Shown here: positions 1 to 9,083 of the stretch, one piece after another | Numbering within the stretch: the stretch's first letter is position 1 | Layout of the letters: every line of letters begins with the position of its first letter | Virus record (IMG/VR): IMGVR_UViG_3300005534_000001 | Span: 28,528 to 92,527 of that record | Length of the DNA: 64,000 bases | Source of the DNA: a virus | Direction: 5' to 3' (one strand) | The notes under the pieces: generated by a model | Seen by the model: the letters and a program-made list of their open reading frames with translations, nothing else | Databases searched by the model: none | Told to the model about the DNA's origin: nothing | Made by a program: the position numbers and the translations under genes

Positions 1-50
1 ATCCCTTTCCCGCTGGCCCAGCACATTGCCCGCTGTTTTAAGGAGAAAGC

Positions 51-281
51 ATGAAAGTAATGCGCATGTGGCCGGCAGAAGGCGATAGTGGAGAACCGCG
101 TAACCATGCATTCGAGCAAGGCGGTAATGACTACACGCTTTGTGGTTACACGCTGGACGGTGATGAACTCGTAGTCAAAGACAATAAGATCATTGAAGGC
201 CAAATAACCTGTGAGCAATGCTGGGCAATCATTGAGTACTGTCGGACAATCAAACAGCGGAAGATCGGCGAAGAGCCTTAA
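51..281 (+). CDS. hypothetical phage protein (His/Cys motifs, possible Zn-binding)
   Basis: ORF with AGGAG RBS; H..LCG and CxxC motifs. Confidence 0.6.
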   Translation: MKVMRMWPAEGDSGEPRNHAFEQGGNDYTLCGYTLDGDELVVKDNKIIEGQITCEQCWAIIEYCRTIKQRKIGEEP

Positions 282-493
282 ACCGTCACCCCGTAATAGA
301 TCTGTCCTGCCTTGCGAATCTGCTTGGCAATTACCAACCCATTCATTATCCCCTCGAACTGGTGGATGTCACAGCCGTACTGCATGAGGGCTGCATAAAG
401 TATTCCGCCTGGGATTCCTGTCTTACCTGATTCGTTTACGGCTTCGATTATGAAGTCGCCTAAGAGTTTGAGAGTGTTGTGCGTGGATGTCAT
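278..493 (-). CDS. hypothetical phage protein (possible winged helix)
   Basis: ORF; 4-nt overlap chain with neighbouring - strand genes. Confidence 0.6.
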   Translation of the reverse strand: MTSTHNTLKLLGDFIIEAVNESGKTGIPGGILYAALMQYGCDIHQFEGIMNGLVIAKQIRKAGQIYYGVTV

Positions 494-678
494 TGGTTGT
501 TGCTCAATTCTATTTGGAGAACTCGCTCCAGGTCATATAGTTGAACGTTCGATGTTAGTCCGTCATCCCACTTGACGGTAAATGCGGCATATCCTTTGTC
601 GGTTACTTCGCCCTTACTTCCGTCAACGTGAGTGACCTTGCTGCCCACTTTCATTCTGGTTAGATCGTCTGTGTTCAT
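490..678 (-). CDS. small SH3-like hypothetical protein
   Basis: ATG at 678 after GAGG RBS; KVGSKVTH..GEV..VKWDDG pattern typical of SH3-like barrels. Confidence 0.55.
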   Translation of the reverse strand: MNTDDLTRMKVGSKVTHVDGSKGEVTDKGYAAFTVKWDDGLTSNVQLYDLERVLQIELSNNQ

Positions 679-692
679 ATTCTTATTCCTCT

Positions 693-1139
693 TTAGCCCA
701 CAATCCCAGCGCGTTGATGGTATTCTTTCTTGAGTTTGGAATCGCGTCTCTTTATGAGTTCGATACTGCGGGAGCACGATTCGAATCCCTTAGCCTTGTA
801 CTGCTGGTCTCGCGTGTATCCTCCGAGGCCGTAACGTCTCGCAGTGATTTTACAAACTGAGCAGCGGGCCGTATCGAAACTAGGGCCGCCATTTACAACT
901 TGAGTAACTAAATTGGTTTTCTCCCATGAGTGCGGACTGTGGCCTTTGTCTTTCTGGTCGGCAGTGCGAACATCAACAAGTCTGCGCGGGAGCTCTCCAG
1001 GGCGCAGGCTGCTATTGAAATTGTTGATGGTCTGTTCGGAATATGAGCGGGCCGCCTCAATGGATGATATGGTCGGCTTGTCGTAAGTCTCTTCGCAGTT
1101 CTCACCGCGTTCATCGGTTACTACGCAGATGAATTTCAT
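693..1139 (-). CDS. hypothetical phage protein (HSWEKTNLVT..CxxC family)
   Basis: ATG at 1139 overlaps upstream stop; H/C Zn-ribbon-like motif. Confidence 0.6.
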   Translation of the reverse strand: MKFICVVTDERGENCEETYDKPTISSIEAARSYSEQTINNFNSSLRPGELPRRLVDVRTADQKDKGHSPHSWEKTNLVTQVVNGGPSFDTARCSVCKITARRYGLGGYTRDQQYKAKGFESCSRSIELIKRRDSKLKKEYHQRAGIVG

Positions 1140-1402
1140 TGATGGTTCCTCGTTATCCTGAATTCGCCAGTGCTCAAAGACTGGGCGATTGATCTTCCCC
1201 ATTGATAGCCGCAATTAACGGAGCAGAATTCTCCGTCTCCATTGACTCCATACTTCCCAGAGAACGTCCGAGTAATCGGGCCATTAGCCGGGCAATCGAA
1301 AATCACATAAGGCTTCAGTGGCTTTTTGCAGAGTCGGCATTTCGGGCGAGAGGCGAATGGCGCAATATGTAAGCTGTCGATGATTGGAGTCGTCATTTCC
1401 AC
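1136..1402 (-). CDS. Zn-finger hypothetical protein
   Basis: CxxC ... FCSxxC motifs; start uncertain. Confidence 0.55.
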   Translation of the reverse strand: MEMTTPIIDSLHIAPFASRPKCRLCKKPLKPYVIFDCPANGPITRTFSGKYGVNGDGEFCSVNCGYQWGRSIAQSLSTGEFRITRNHQ

Positions 1403-1653
1403 TCCTCAACGAGTTTCGCTTTAACTGATTTTCCACGATGCATCAATGCAATTGAAAGCGCCAGCATCGCAGTGTGAGCCGTGGCATCTTTGCAAACCAC
1501 GGTCAGCTTGTGCAATAGAAGTTTGATTGCTTTCGGCTGTACTCCATCAGGCCAGCAAGCGCACGTATCGGCAATATGCCTGGGTCTCGCGGCATCTGAA
1601 CTTACCGTGTTGCCGGTTACGGTGATCTTTGGAACTGATTCGTTCATATCCAC
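1393..1653 (-). CDS. hypothetical protein
   Basis: ORF in a tightly packed - strand run. Confidence 0.45.
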   Translation of the reverse strand: MDMNESVPKITVTGNTVSSDAARPRHIADTCACWPDGVQPKAIKLLLHKLTVVCKDATAHTAMLALSIALMHRGKSVKAKLVEEWK

Positions 1654-1798
1654 TCCTCAATTTGAGCCACTGGTTTAACTTCGGACTCGTACCTGAATTT
1701 GGCCACAGCATCATCAATGGCTTTCTTGATGGCTTCGGCCTGTTGCTTGTCGCGGGCCTGCACCTGAAAAGTTACTTGGTAGACTACGCCAGCCCTTC

Positions 1799-2008
1799 TC
1801 ATGCTTCCACCACCCTATAAAAGAAATTCCCGCGATTCTTGGACTCCAGTTCTGGAAACTGCTCAATGCACTTGTCCAGCGTCCTGTATCCAGACCAATC
1901 GCCATACTCGCAGACGATCACGAAGTTACGAGCCTCTGGATCTTTCGGCTCTTCTATCTTGGCCATCTTGCGGTTGATGAGCGCGTAAATTGTGCGTCCG
2001 GTTGTCAT
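1799..2008 (-). CDS. hypothetical protein
   Basis: ORF with ATGA overlap. Confidence 0.5.
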   Translation of the reverse strand: MTTGRTIYALINRKMAKIEEPKDPEARNFVIVCEYGDWSGYRTLDKCIEQFPELESKNRGNFFYRVVEA

Positions 2009-2250
2009 CTGCGACCAGCTTTCATCGGTGAATAGTTGTAATACATCACGAAATGGTGATCCACGTCATTCCAGAATTTCTGCTGGCATTCGGTTAGCGG
2101 CGTGTCGCTTTCAGTGTAGACCTGATAAGCGTATCCACCGAGCAGATAATTGAGTAGGCGGTTGCGCTCTTCGGCGCTCAACTTGTCAATTGCGCCCATT
2201 ATTGATACCGTATCGTCTTTGGTGATTGGCTTGAGTCCAATTGTCGCCAT
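2005..2250 (-). CDS. hypothetical protein
   Basis: ORF with GAGGAG RBS. Confidence 0.55.
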   Translation of the reverse strand: MATIGLKPITKDDTVSIMGAIDKLSAEERNRLLNYLLGGYAYQVYTESDTPLTECQQKFWNDVDHHFVMYYNYSPMKAGRR

Positions 2251-2269
2251 TTTCGGATCTCCTCAAATT

Positions 2270-2479
2270 CTATGGCCGTATTTCGCCCGGCCTGTCGGTT
2301 ACTACCATTTTCCCGAACGCTCCGTAAACGCCGGAGAAGCGTCTAGCGAGGATCTTCTTCATCTGGTTCTGGATATCCGCTATCTCGTGGTGAACGCATG
2401 TGATATGCGCAGAACTGGGAATCTTCGTGCCGTTCATAGGGGCAATCTTCAACCGCGCATTCATCTCCGAAAACTTCAC
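2270..2479 (-). CDS. hypothetical protein
   Basis: ORF downstream of GAGGAGG RBS. Confidence 0.45.
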   Translation of the reverse strand: MKFSEMNARLKIAPMNGTKIPSSAHITCVHHEIADIQNQMKKILARRFSGVYGAFGKMVVTDRPGEIRP

Positions 2480-2503
2480 GCAAGTTCATTACGACCTCCT
2501 CGG

Positions 2504-4177
2504 TTAAAATTCAGCTACTAATTCCGCCTTGCCTACTCCGTTGCAGGTTGAGCACTTCACATATCCGCAATTGTCGCGGCGATCTTTCAGCGGATCTTCG
2601 TCGCGATGTTCCTGTACCCAGGTAGTGATCTGTTTGAATGAGTAATCCCTGCCGGAGCCATCACAGGCAGTGCAATAGCCGTTCTGCTTGCACCATTCAA
2701 TATGCTCTTGCTTCTTGACTTCTCCGGCTGCTTTCTCGCCCTGTTTCCAGAACTTCTTCTGTTCCTTCGTCCGGTTGAAAGCGCAGCGGGTAATAACTGT
2801 CTGCTTGATGCCTTCCCGCTCTTCGTGTTTCTTGATGCTGGCCAGGACGGTAACAGTCTCGCCTTCCCGGATGTCATGCTCTGGAGAGCCGAAGACTTCT
2901 GGTTGATCGGGAACGCTCAAGCGATTCGAGGCCCACCATACAAAGACATTCCCTTCGGCATCTGAGAACTTGTAAAGAGTCGAGACGCCGTAATCGCTAT
3001 CAAATTCGCGGGTAAACTCCATCGTGAGAGTCAATTCCATGCGTTGCTTTGGCTCTCCGATGAACTTAGAATTCTTGTGTAGGTCGGCCAGTTTCGCCCG
3101 ATTGATTGCCCGTTCCTTTTCGCGCAGGAAAGAGGCAATCGAGGAAACCGCTAATCCAATCTGGCGAACTTCGATGATTTGGGCGCGGCCTAACAGGCTC
3201 AGATTGTAGAGATAGTCATTTTCCGTGGTGGCGTCAACCTGCTCAAGCCACTCTTCCGTCTCGGTCGCCATCTTGATATCTTCCTCAATGACCGCTGGAA
3301 CCTCTAGCCGTGCCTCAAGACGGGCATCGCGGTACTTTTTGGCGTCATAGAGCCATGAACTAACCCCGGCTGCCGTGCTGGGCTTGTAGGCTGCTTCAGC
3401 CTTTGCTTTAGAGAGCCATCCATCAATTCGAATGAGGGAAGCGGCGAACTTCAGAACTGTGTCTAGGCTATACCGCTCAGTACGCCGTCTTCCGCTTCCA
3501 CCTTCACCCCAGCCGTCATCTTCTGAAGCGCCAGCCAGATCCCAAGCGTTAATCAGCAGTTCGGCCATCGCTGCGTAACTTTCAGGAGAGATACCGCCAA
3601 GGAAGTCAGCCAAGCAGTTGCGGCCTACCTGTTTTGTGGCCGACTCATTCTGGACAATGAACACGTCATTGCGGCGGCGAATCGTCTGGCAATGGTCGCA
3701 ATGGAGGTCGGCATTCCTGTATTCGGCGGGAACCGGGGGAGCGCCGGGAACGTTGCGGACTTCGTTGCCCACGATCTTGCCATCTTCGTCTGTAACTGGG
3801 TGAATCGTGGCGATGAACGTCCAGCCTGCTACCTTTGGCGCTTTCCCTTCAACTACGATTTCAAAGATGCGGCGAAACCGGCCACTGTCCATCATTGCGC
3901 CGTCAACATTGAACGAGAGGTCAGGGACGCGGATAGGCACTTCATGCTGCCCGGTCACACGCATGACGATTTCGGGAAGGTTGAGTTTCCGAGCGCGGCG
4001 ATTCAATTTCTCAAAGCGTCCTTTTAGAGCTTCGAAATTGTCTTCAGGCACTTCAAAGCAGGTAACGGGTTGAGGATCAAGAACCGAGTCGCAGCCTGTG
4101 CAATTCCAGAGGCCAGCGTAATAATGCAGAGTGTTTTCGCGGGAGCACTTCGGGCAGGTTGTGATGTTGGTCTTCAT
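2504..4177 (-). CDS. conserved phage protein: Zn ribbons + central CDHC/QVGRNC domain + C-terminal OB fold (putative nucleic-acid binding)
   Basis: ~557 aa; HCDHC..RRRN..QVGRNCLADFLG motif; OB-like 'FIGEPKQRMELTL..YKFSD..VWWAS..IKKHEE..QTVITR'; CxxCxGxG at C-terminus; ATG 4177 has GAGG RBS. Confidence 0.75.
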   Translation of the reverse strand: MKTNITTCPKCSRENTLHYYAGLWNCTGCDSVLDPQPVTCFEVPEDNFEALKGRFEKLNRRARKLNLPEIVMRVTGQHEVPIRVPDLSFNVDGAMMDSGRFRRIFEIVVEGKAPKVAGWTFIATIHPVTDEDGKIVGNEVRNVPGAPPVPAEYRNADLHCDHCQTIRRRNDVFIVQNESATKQVGRNCLADFLGGISPESYAAMAELLINAWDLAGASEDDGWGEGGSGRRRTERYSLDTVLKFAASLIRIDGWLSKAKAEAAYKPSTAAGVSSWLYDAKKYRDARLEARLEVPAVIEEDIKMATETEEWLEQVDATTENDYLYNLSLLGRAQIIEVRQIGLAVSSIASFLREKERAINRAKLADLHKNSKFIGEPKQRMELTLTMEFTREFDSDYGVSTLYKFSDAEGNVFVWWASNRLSVPDQPEVFGSPEHDIREGETVTVLASIKKHEEREGIKQTVITRCAFNRTKEQKKFWKQGEKAAGEVKKQEHIEWCKQNGYCTACDGSGRDYSFKQITTWVQEHRDEDPLKDRRDNCGYVKCSTCNGVGKAELVAEF

Positions 4178-4194
4178 GAACGCAAGCCTCAATT

Positions 4195-4248
4195 GTTCTT
4201 ATACAGAACGGGAAAACAATTGTCAATAAAATTGTTCAACTTAAGAAC
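4195..4248 (-). promoter_or_regulatory. sigma70-type promoter TTGACA-N17-TATAAG with two GTTC-N7-GAAC palindromic operators
   Basis: -35 at 4226-4221, -10 at 4203-4198; palindromes at 4195-4209 and 4234-4248. Confidence 0.75.
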
Positions 4249-4442
4249 ATTTTGTGATATAAGGAATCCTGTATGGCGATTATATGGCTGTTCACAAGGC
4301 GAATCGGCAAGAAAATCAGGGCTGGATTCTGTGAGAATTGCGCCTATATCTGGCTGATTCGCGGGGAGTTACCCGTCCAGTGCGGGAATCAAGAGAAGCG
4401 ATGCAGGAACTGGAATACCCCTAAAGTCAAAGGAGCGAAAAA

Positions 4443-4646
4443 ATGAAGAGCACGTATTACGATGCGCTTAAGCAAGCACTCAATCAACCGGCTATTGATA
4501 ATTGCAAACTCAGCAACGATCAACTGGCTTCTGCCATTACCGGTATAACCGCTACTCTCGCCGGATATTTACCAGATACAGTCCGCCTGGAACTCGTAGC
4601 GGATCGAGCAGAGTTACGCGCAACTCTCAAACGGCGGACATCATGA
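4443..4646 (+). CDS. hypothetical protein
   Basis: ORF with AAGGAG RBS. Confidence 0.55.
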   Translation: MKSTYYDALKQALNQPAIDNCKLSNDQLASAITGITATLAGYLPDTVRLELVADRAELRATLKRRTS

Positions 4647-4741
4647 AACTCCTCTGGATTAAATCCGACAACATAGGCGGCCTCTGGGAGAGTGAGCCGA
4701 AAACGACGAGGAAAATGATTTAGAAGAGAGGACAAACTAAA

Positions 4742-4900
4742 ATGCCAAACATGAACTATTGCCGATTTTCAAATACCCTCAGTGATCTAAAAGATTGCTG
4801 CCAATACATGGATGATCAAGCGGAATCTCCAGAAGAAGAAGAGGCAAAACAAAAATTAATCAAGTTATGTCGAGCCATCGCGGCTGACTACGAGGAATAA
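4742..4900 (+). CDS. small phage protein of the M(N/S)YCRFxNT..DL.DC type (52 aa, absent from ORF track)
   Basis: Manual translation MPNMNYCRFSNTLSDLKDCCQYMDDQAESPEEEEAKQKLIKLCRAIAADYEE; GAGG RBS. Confidence 0.7.
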   Translation: MPNMNYCRFSNTLSDLKDCCQYMDDQAESPEEEEAKQKLIKLCRAIAADYEE

Positions 4901-5126
4901 AAATGGACCAACAAACTCTCAACAAAATCCAGGAAAACATAGAGTCGGAAGAAAGCAGCCAAGACATGAGACGCGAACCCAAAAAGCGTAAAGACTCGCC
5001 AAAAGAGTTCCGGGAAGATTCTCGTCTATTTGGGGAACAGCAATTTGCGGGAGATGTAGCGGAACGGGGATGTAGCCTAAATCCTCGCAACCCCTAGATA
5101 ACGCTTAGATTATAGACATACTCTCG

Positions 5127-5170
5127 CTACACACTTCCTTACACTTCCTTAACAGTGTTCTACGTGGAAC
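5127..5170. repeat. direct repeat copy 1 (CTACACACTTC..TTAACAxTGTTxTxCGTGGAAC), ending in a parS-like palindrome
   Basis: Matches 7483-7515; GTTCTACGTGGAAC at 5157-5170. Confidence 0.6.
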
Positions 5171-5187
5171 GTGCTATCGTTACAAAC

Positions 5188-5373
5188 CTACTCCCTAACT
5201 GGCTCATAAACCAATCCATCGCCTGATACTTTCGTTCCCAATTTCCGCCCACGCTTCAGTGACTCCCGGTTCCAAGTTGTTCTCTTGCACTTTGCGCAGC
5301 ATCGAGGCGTAGTTTTGGCGAGCCACTCGTGCTGGCAGTCAAGATGGCGGCAGTGGCAGAGTATTCGTTTCAT
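5188..5373 (-). CDS. small Zn-ribbon protein
   Basis: C..C.HEW...P.CCxxC..TW pattern with basic tail. Confidence 0.6.
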   Translation of the reverse strand: MKRILCHCRHLDCQHEWLAKTTPRCCAKCKRTTWNRESLKRGRKLGTKVSGDGLVYEPVRE

Positions 5374-5546
5374 TTGTTGGCCTTCTGAGAGCGGAAGTCA
5401 TGGCGACATCCACGGCAAGAGTCATTTGGCCTCCGCGCGGGGAGGATTCGCGGGCGTCCCAAGGGTTAGGGTGCAGGGTGGATGTTGCCGGTCATCGGCT
5501 CCATGTGTATGAGCGCGTCCGCTTGGCCGAGTTGTGAGCCACACGA

Positions 5547-5750
5547 TCAAGCGGCAACCTCTGGCAAGCGGAATCGGACGAGCCACGAAGGCCCAAATGC
5601 ATTGCGGACATTCTGCAAAGCGGCAGAGTCGCAATCCGAGGGATAATTGCCGGTCATCCAACAGTCACGAAGTTCCGACTTCCAGCGGCGACCATACTGA
5701 GCGGCAAAACATCTCAAGGCGTTCAGTTGTTCGGCACTAAGTTGATTCAT
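5547..5750 (-). CDS. hypothetical phage protein (YGRRWKSEL..W..G family)
   Basis: ATG 5750 after GGAGGT RBS. Confidence 0.65.
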   Translation of the reverse strand: MNQLSAEQLNALRCFAAQYGRRWKSELRDCWMTGNYPSDCDSAALQNVRNAFGPSWLVRFRLPEVAA

Positions 5751-5767
5751 TTTTAGTACCTCCACAG

Positions 5768-5806
5768 CTACTCTCTCACCGCACAATCCAGGGAGAGAGT
5801 AGGAAT
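5768..5806 (-). repeat. repeated stem-loop element copy 1 (CTACTCTCT..AGAGAGTAGGAAT)
   Basis: Inverted repeat; near-identical to 6194-6226. Confidence 0.7.
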
Positions 5807-5814
5807 CGGGATAC

Positions 5815-6168
5815 TCACTCACCAATGAGCAGATCATCGACAAATACTCTCCCCTCCCCAATACAATCGCCGGAGACGATACGCAGGACACATCCAGTCG
5901 GCAAGGTTACCCACTTACGGACTTCGGTGAAAAATCCATTGTTACTCTCGGCATTTCCCGCCTGGAGAATTGGCGCAGGGCCAGATAAGTGGCGGAACTC
6001 TACATATGCGCCGCCGCTACCAAAAGTCGTGAATCCCTCCACGAGAAGGAATTGCGGGGTGCCGGATACGGGGCGAGGTTGGCGCGGTTCGGATGGCTTC
6101 ACCAAATCGGCGCGGAAATAAGATGCTTCGATCTGCTCTTCTTCTTGTTGCGTAAACGGATAAGTCAT
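5815..6168 (-). CDS. hypothetical protein
   Basis: ATG 6168 after GAAGGAG RBS. Confidence 0.55.
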   Translation of the reverse strand: MTYPFTQQEEEQIEASYFRADLVKPSEPRQPRPVSGTPQFLLVEGFTTFGSGGAYVEFRHLSGPAPILQAGNAESNNGFFTEVRKWVTLPTGCVLRIVSGDCIGEGRVFVDDLLIGE

Positions 6169-6193
6169 ATTTTCTCCTTCGAAAGTTTTTGTA

Positions 6194-6226
6194 CCTACTC
6201 TCTCACCAGGGTCAGAGAGTAGGAAT
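6194..6226 (-). repeat. repeated stem-loop element copy 2
   Basis: CCTACTCTCT-caccagggtc-AGAGAGTAGG. Confidence 0.7.
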
Positions 6227-6309
6227 TGAGATGCTAGCGCTGATCTTGACCGAATCAGCATGAGGGTAAGGCGGCCCACGGTTCGTGCCGGTGTTTCGGC
6301 GGCACAAAC

Positions 6310-6468
6310 TTACCAATATTGAGAAACTGGCAATCTTGATATTTCGCCGCCACAGATCTCATACCCGTAGCAGTGCTCTCCGACATGGACAGCGGCCCAC
6401 GTCTCATCATGCATGACAACTTTGTTAGCGTTGAGTTGCTTTGCGAATTCTTGCTCTTGAGCGGTCAT
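6310..6468 (-). CDS. small hypothetical protein (52 aa, absent from ORF track)
   Basis: MTAQEQEFAKQLNANKVVMHDETWAAVHVGEHCYGYEICGGEISRLPVSQYW; GAAGGAG RBS; downstream of promoter at 6510-6537. Confidence 0.6.
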   Translation of the reverse strand: MTAQEQEFAKQLNANKVVMHDETWAAVHVGEHCYGYEICGGEISRLPVSQYW

Positions 6469-6509
6469 CGGGTTTTCTCCTTCGTCGCTAGTAGCGACCT
6501 ACAAGAGCA

Positions 6510-6537
6510 ATATTACCGGAAGTAAATCTATTGTCAA
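6510..6537 (-). promoter_or_regulatory. sigma70-type promoter TTGACA-N16-TAATAT
   Basis: Consensus -35 at 6537-6532. Confidence 0.55.
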
Positions 6538-6859
6538 GCATAAAACCGGTAAATGGGTAAATTATTTCAATGGTTCTATTGGCTGTGCGTTCCATTTTCT
6601 AGAATGGCACTTAGCGCAATGGGTTGGCAGTTTACCGGTCGGGAGCCAGATATGCTGGCACTGGGAGCACTGGAGGGCCTGGACTTGGATGACTGGCATT
6701 ACTTTATCTCCAGAATTTCAAAGTCAGACCGAAGTGGCAGTTTCCCGCTTAAGCCTCGCACGAAGCAGCGAAGCGCAGCAATCTGCTGTTCGCGGGTCTT
6801 CTGCGCAAGAACTATGTCTAGAGCCTCGCCAAGGATCTTAAGTTCTTGGTTGTCATCAA

Positions 6860-7141
6860 TCATGCTTTTACCTCGCTGAACTCCACATACCCGCACAGGC
6901 CACAGGTACCGGCCAGCGGATCGGGCAGAACTTGGTCACAGCCGAGGCAGCGGATTGCTGATACTGGAGCGGAATGCATTACGCGAATCCTCAAATCTCG
7001 ACTCCAGCCGCGCTGAACTGAGCGCAAAGACCGCAGATACTTTGCGGCATCGCGGCGATTCGAGCCGTAATGTACGGTGATGGGCTGGGCAGTCTTCAGA
7101 ATGCCCGAGTATTGGGTAATCGTGATGTTTGGTTTGTTCAT
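6860..7141 (-). CDS. Zn-ribbon hypothetical protein, probably leaderless
   Basis: CxxC..CxxC; ATG 7 nt after the -10 of the promoter at 7149-7176. Confidence 0.55.
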   Translation of the reverse strand: MNKPNITITQYSGILKTAQPITVHYGSNRRDAAKYLRSLRSVQRGWSRDLRIRVMHSAPVSAIRCLGCDQVLPDPLAGTCGLCGYVEFSEVKA

Positions 7142-7148
7142 GTGCTAA

Positions 7149-7176
7149 ACATTAACACATGTGTGCCCATTGTCAA
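7149..7176 (-). promoter_or_regulatory. sigma70-type promoter TTGACA-N16-TAATGT
   Basis: Consensus -35 at 7176-7171. Confidence 0.5.
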
Positions 7177-7203
7177 CAGTAAATAGTTATGGGTTGATAG
7201 ATT

Positions 7204-7479
7204 TTGAGGGGGTTGAGGGAGGGGATGGGCGCTGGCCATTGGGATGTCCTCTGCGGGAAGATTGCTGATTTCTACTTCCCGGATCAGAGGCTAGTTGTTG
7301 AAATAGATGGCGGATACCACTATTTCAAGAAAGGCCAACGCGCAAAAGACAGGGGCAGGCAAAGGGTAATAGAGAAAAGCGGACGCCGCGTTATCAGATT
7401 CGACAATAAAGACGTCATTAATTTCCCAGAGCATACAATTGCGGCGATACTGAAAGCTCTTGGGCCAGCCTTTGAGTAG
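7204..7479 (+). CDS. DUF559/Vsr-like endonuclease (short N-terminus)
   Basis: IADFYFPDQRLVVEIDGGYH...DR.R...G.RVIRF.N motif. Confidence 0.8.
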   Translation: MRGLREGMGAGHWDVLCGKIADFYFPDQRLVVEIDGGYHYFKKGQRAKDRGRQRVIEKSGRRVIRFDNKDVINFPEHTIAAILKALGPAFE

Positions 7480-7482
7480 TCA

Positions 7483-7515
7483 CTACACACTTCTTAACAA
7501 TGTTATCCGTGGAAC
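7483..7515. repeat. direct repeat copy 2
   Basis: CTACACACTTCTTAACAATGTTATCCGTGGAAC, matches 5127-5170. Confidence 0.6.
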
Positions 7516-7562
7516 TAATGTTGCCCTTTTCTCCCAAAATCCACATTTTATTAATTTTGTGC

Positions 7563-7592
7563 TTGACAATGGCAAAGTGGTAACCATAAAGT
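7563..7592 (+). promoter_or_regulatory. rightward sigma70-type promoter TTGACA-N18-TAAAGT
   Basis: Consensus -35 at the start of the long + strand gene block. Confidence 0.5.
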
Positions 7593-8639
7593 GTCACTTG
7601 TTGATCATGGACAATCCTCCTTCGACTGGTAGTGCGGCCTCTGTGGAGAAGCAGGGGCCGCCTGTATATGGAGAATTGCATCCAGTTTTATCGTCGTTCA
7701 CAGTATTTCCCGTAAATTCAAGTTATTCAAGTGCAAAATACCACAACAGAAAGGCAGCAATTCCGATGGTTTACACGTTGTCCGGCGGCTTGCAACAAAG
7801 GGCGACCGACATCCCTGAAATCTGTGTCTCAGCAGCTATGGGAGCGAAACGGGTGTTAATTGCAAGCGGATATGCCAATCACACAACGCGCACGATCCGG
7901 CTGGAGTCTGGGACCTTCCAGCCGGTTGAGATCGCCAAATAATACCGATTAAGCCCAGCTCCACCCAAGTGAGCAGGGAATAAATGCTCGCACACCAAGA
8001 GCCGACATCCGGCGAAATACAAGCATATTATTTTTTAAAATGAATGACTTAGGAACCTGTAAAGCAGGCGGCCCAGGCGGTACTCATCCTAATTACGGGA
8101 AGCCCCATATTGCTGTCGAAGGGAAATTCGAAGGCCGGCCAAGATCCTCATGTCGCGCTTGTGGTCGATGGCTTGGGACTTCGCCGGGGATTGGCGGCCA
8201 GCAAACAACGGTAGCAGTCTACTATCAGGGGCAGGCTCCGGATGGACCGCCAGCAGAGTTCACGACTCGGGAGCGAGCAGAGCAACTCAAGAGTGGGGGT
8301 AGGGCGCAGAGCATCAATCACGGCAAGGCGATACGGATTATGACGGTGCGGCCAAGCATGGCCGGGGTGAGAGAGTCGAGAAAGCTTGGCTGGCAGAAGC
8401 TCCCTAGTGGATGTGTGACCACAATGCAACTCTCAGGTGAGGTTGATACGGTGAAGCGCGGTCGCACGAAGATTTCCAGGGGCCCGGAGTATTGTTCAGC
8501 GCGGGATGTAAACTTCGTGCCAAAATCTCTGGAAAGTGCTACAGTACGGCCATGACAGACGCAGAAAAGTTCGTCCGCGAAAGACTCCCCGAGGCTGAAT
8601 GTTGCGGCCCAATGCGAAACGGAAGGCCGCATCCCGAAG

Positions 8640-9083
8640 GTGGATACATGTTATTTGCTATGCGATCTTGCAGTGGGCCATTCAGTAGCGGAGACTGCCA
8701 AGCCTGAGACCGTCAAGCCTTCCATGAAGATGCAGGATATTCACAAGCCATGCCCGTATTGCGGGAAGCCGTTCGAGGACGGTAGTTTCCGCAGCGCTGG
8801 CAATGCTCTGGAAAATCACATCCGCAATAAGCATTCACAGGTAATCGACAAACCCCGTATCCGTGAAAGCCGAGCACAGGCCATTCCAAGAGTCCCAGGA
8901 TATCGGCGCGGGGTCGGAGTACTTACGCTCACAGAGAAACAGGAAGAGATGCGCCAAAGGATGGAAGTAGCGCGAAAGGCTGCTTACATCAGAGGCGCAC
9001 GAAGCAAGTTTACCGGCCAATCTTCGCGGCCCGTGCCAATCACTCACAACTCAATCGCGGCGTCTTGCGATTTTGGCCGGTAA
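8640..9083 (+). CDS. C2H2-type Zn-finger protein (start probably nearer 8724)
   Basis: CPYCGKPF...LENHIRNKH. Confidence 0.55.
   Translation: MDTCYLLCDLAVGHSVAETAKPETVKPSMKMQDIHKPCPYCGKPFEDGSFRSAGNALENHIRNKHSQVIDKPRIRESRAQAIPRVPGYRRGVGVLTLTEKQEEMRQRMEVARKAAYIRGARSKFTGQSSRPVPITHNSIAASCDFGR

Noticed and set aside
8040-8555. 171-aa ORF with CxxCGRWL
   Set aside because: No RBS and atypical composition; could be coding or part of a structured RNA, so it was left uncalled.
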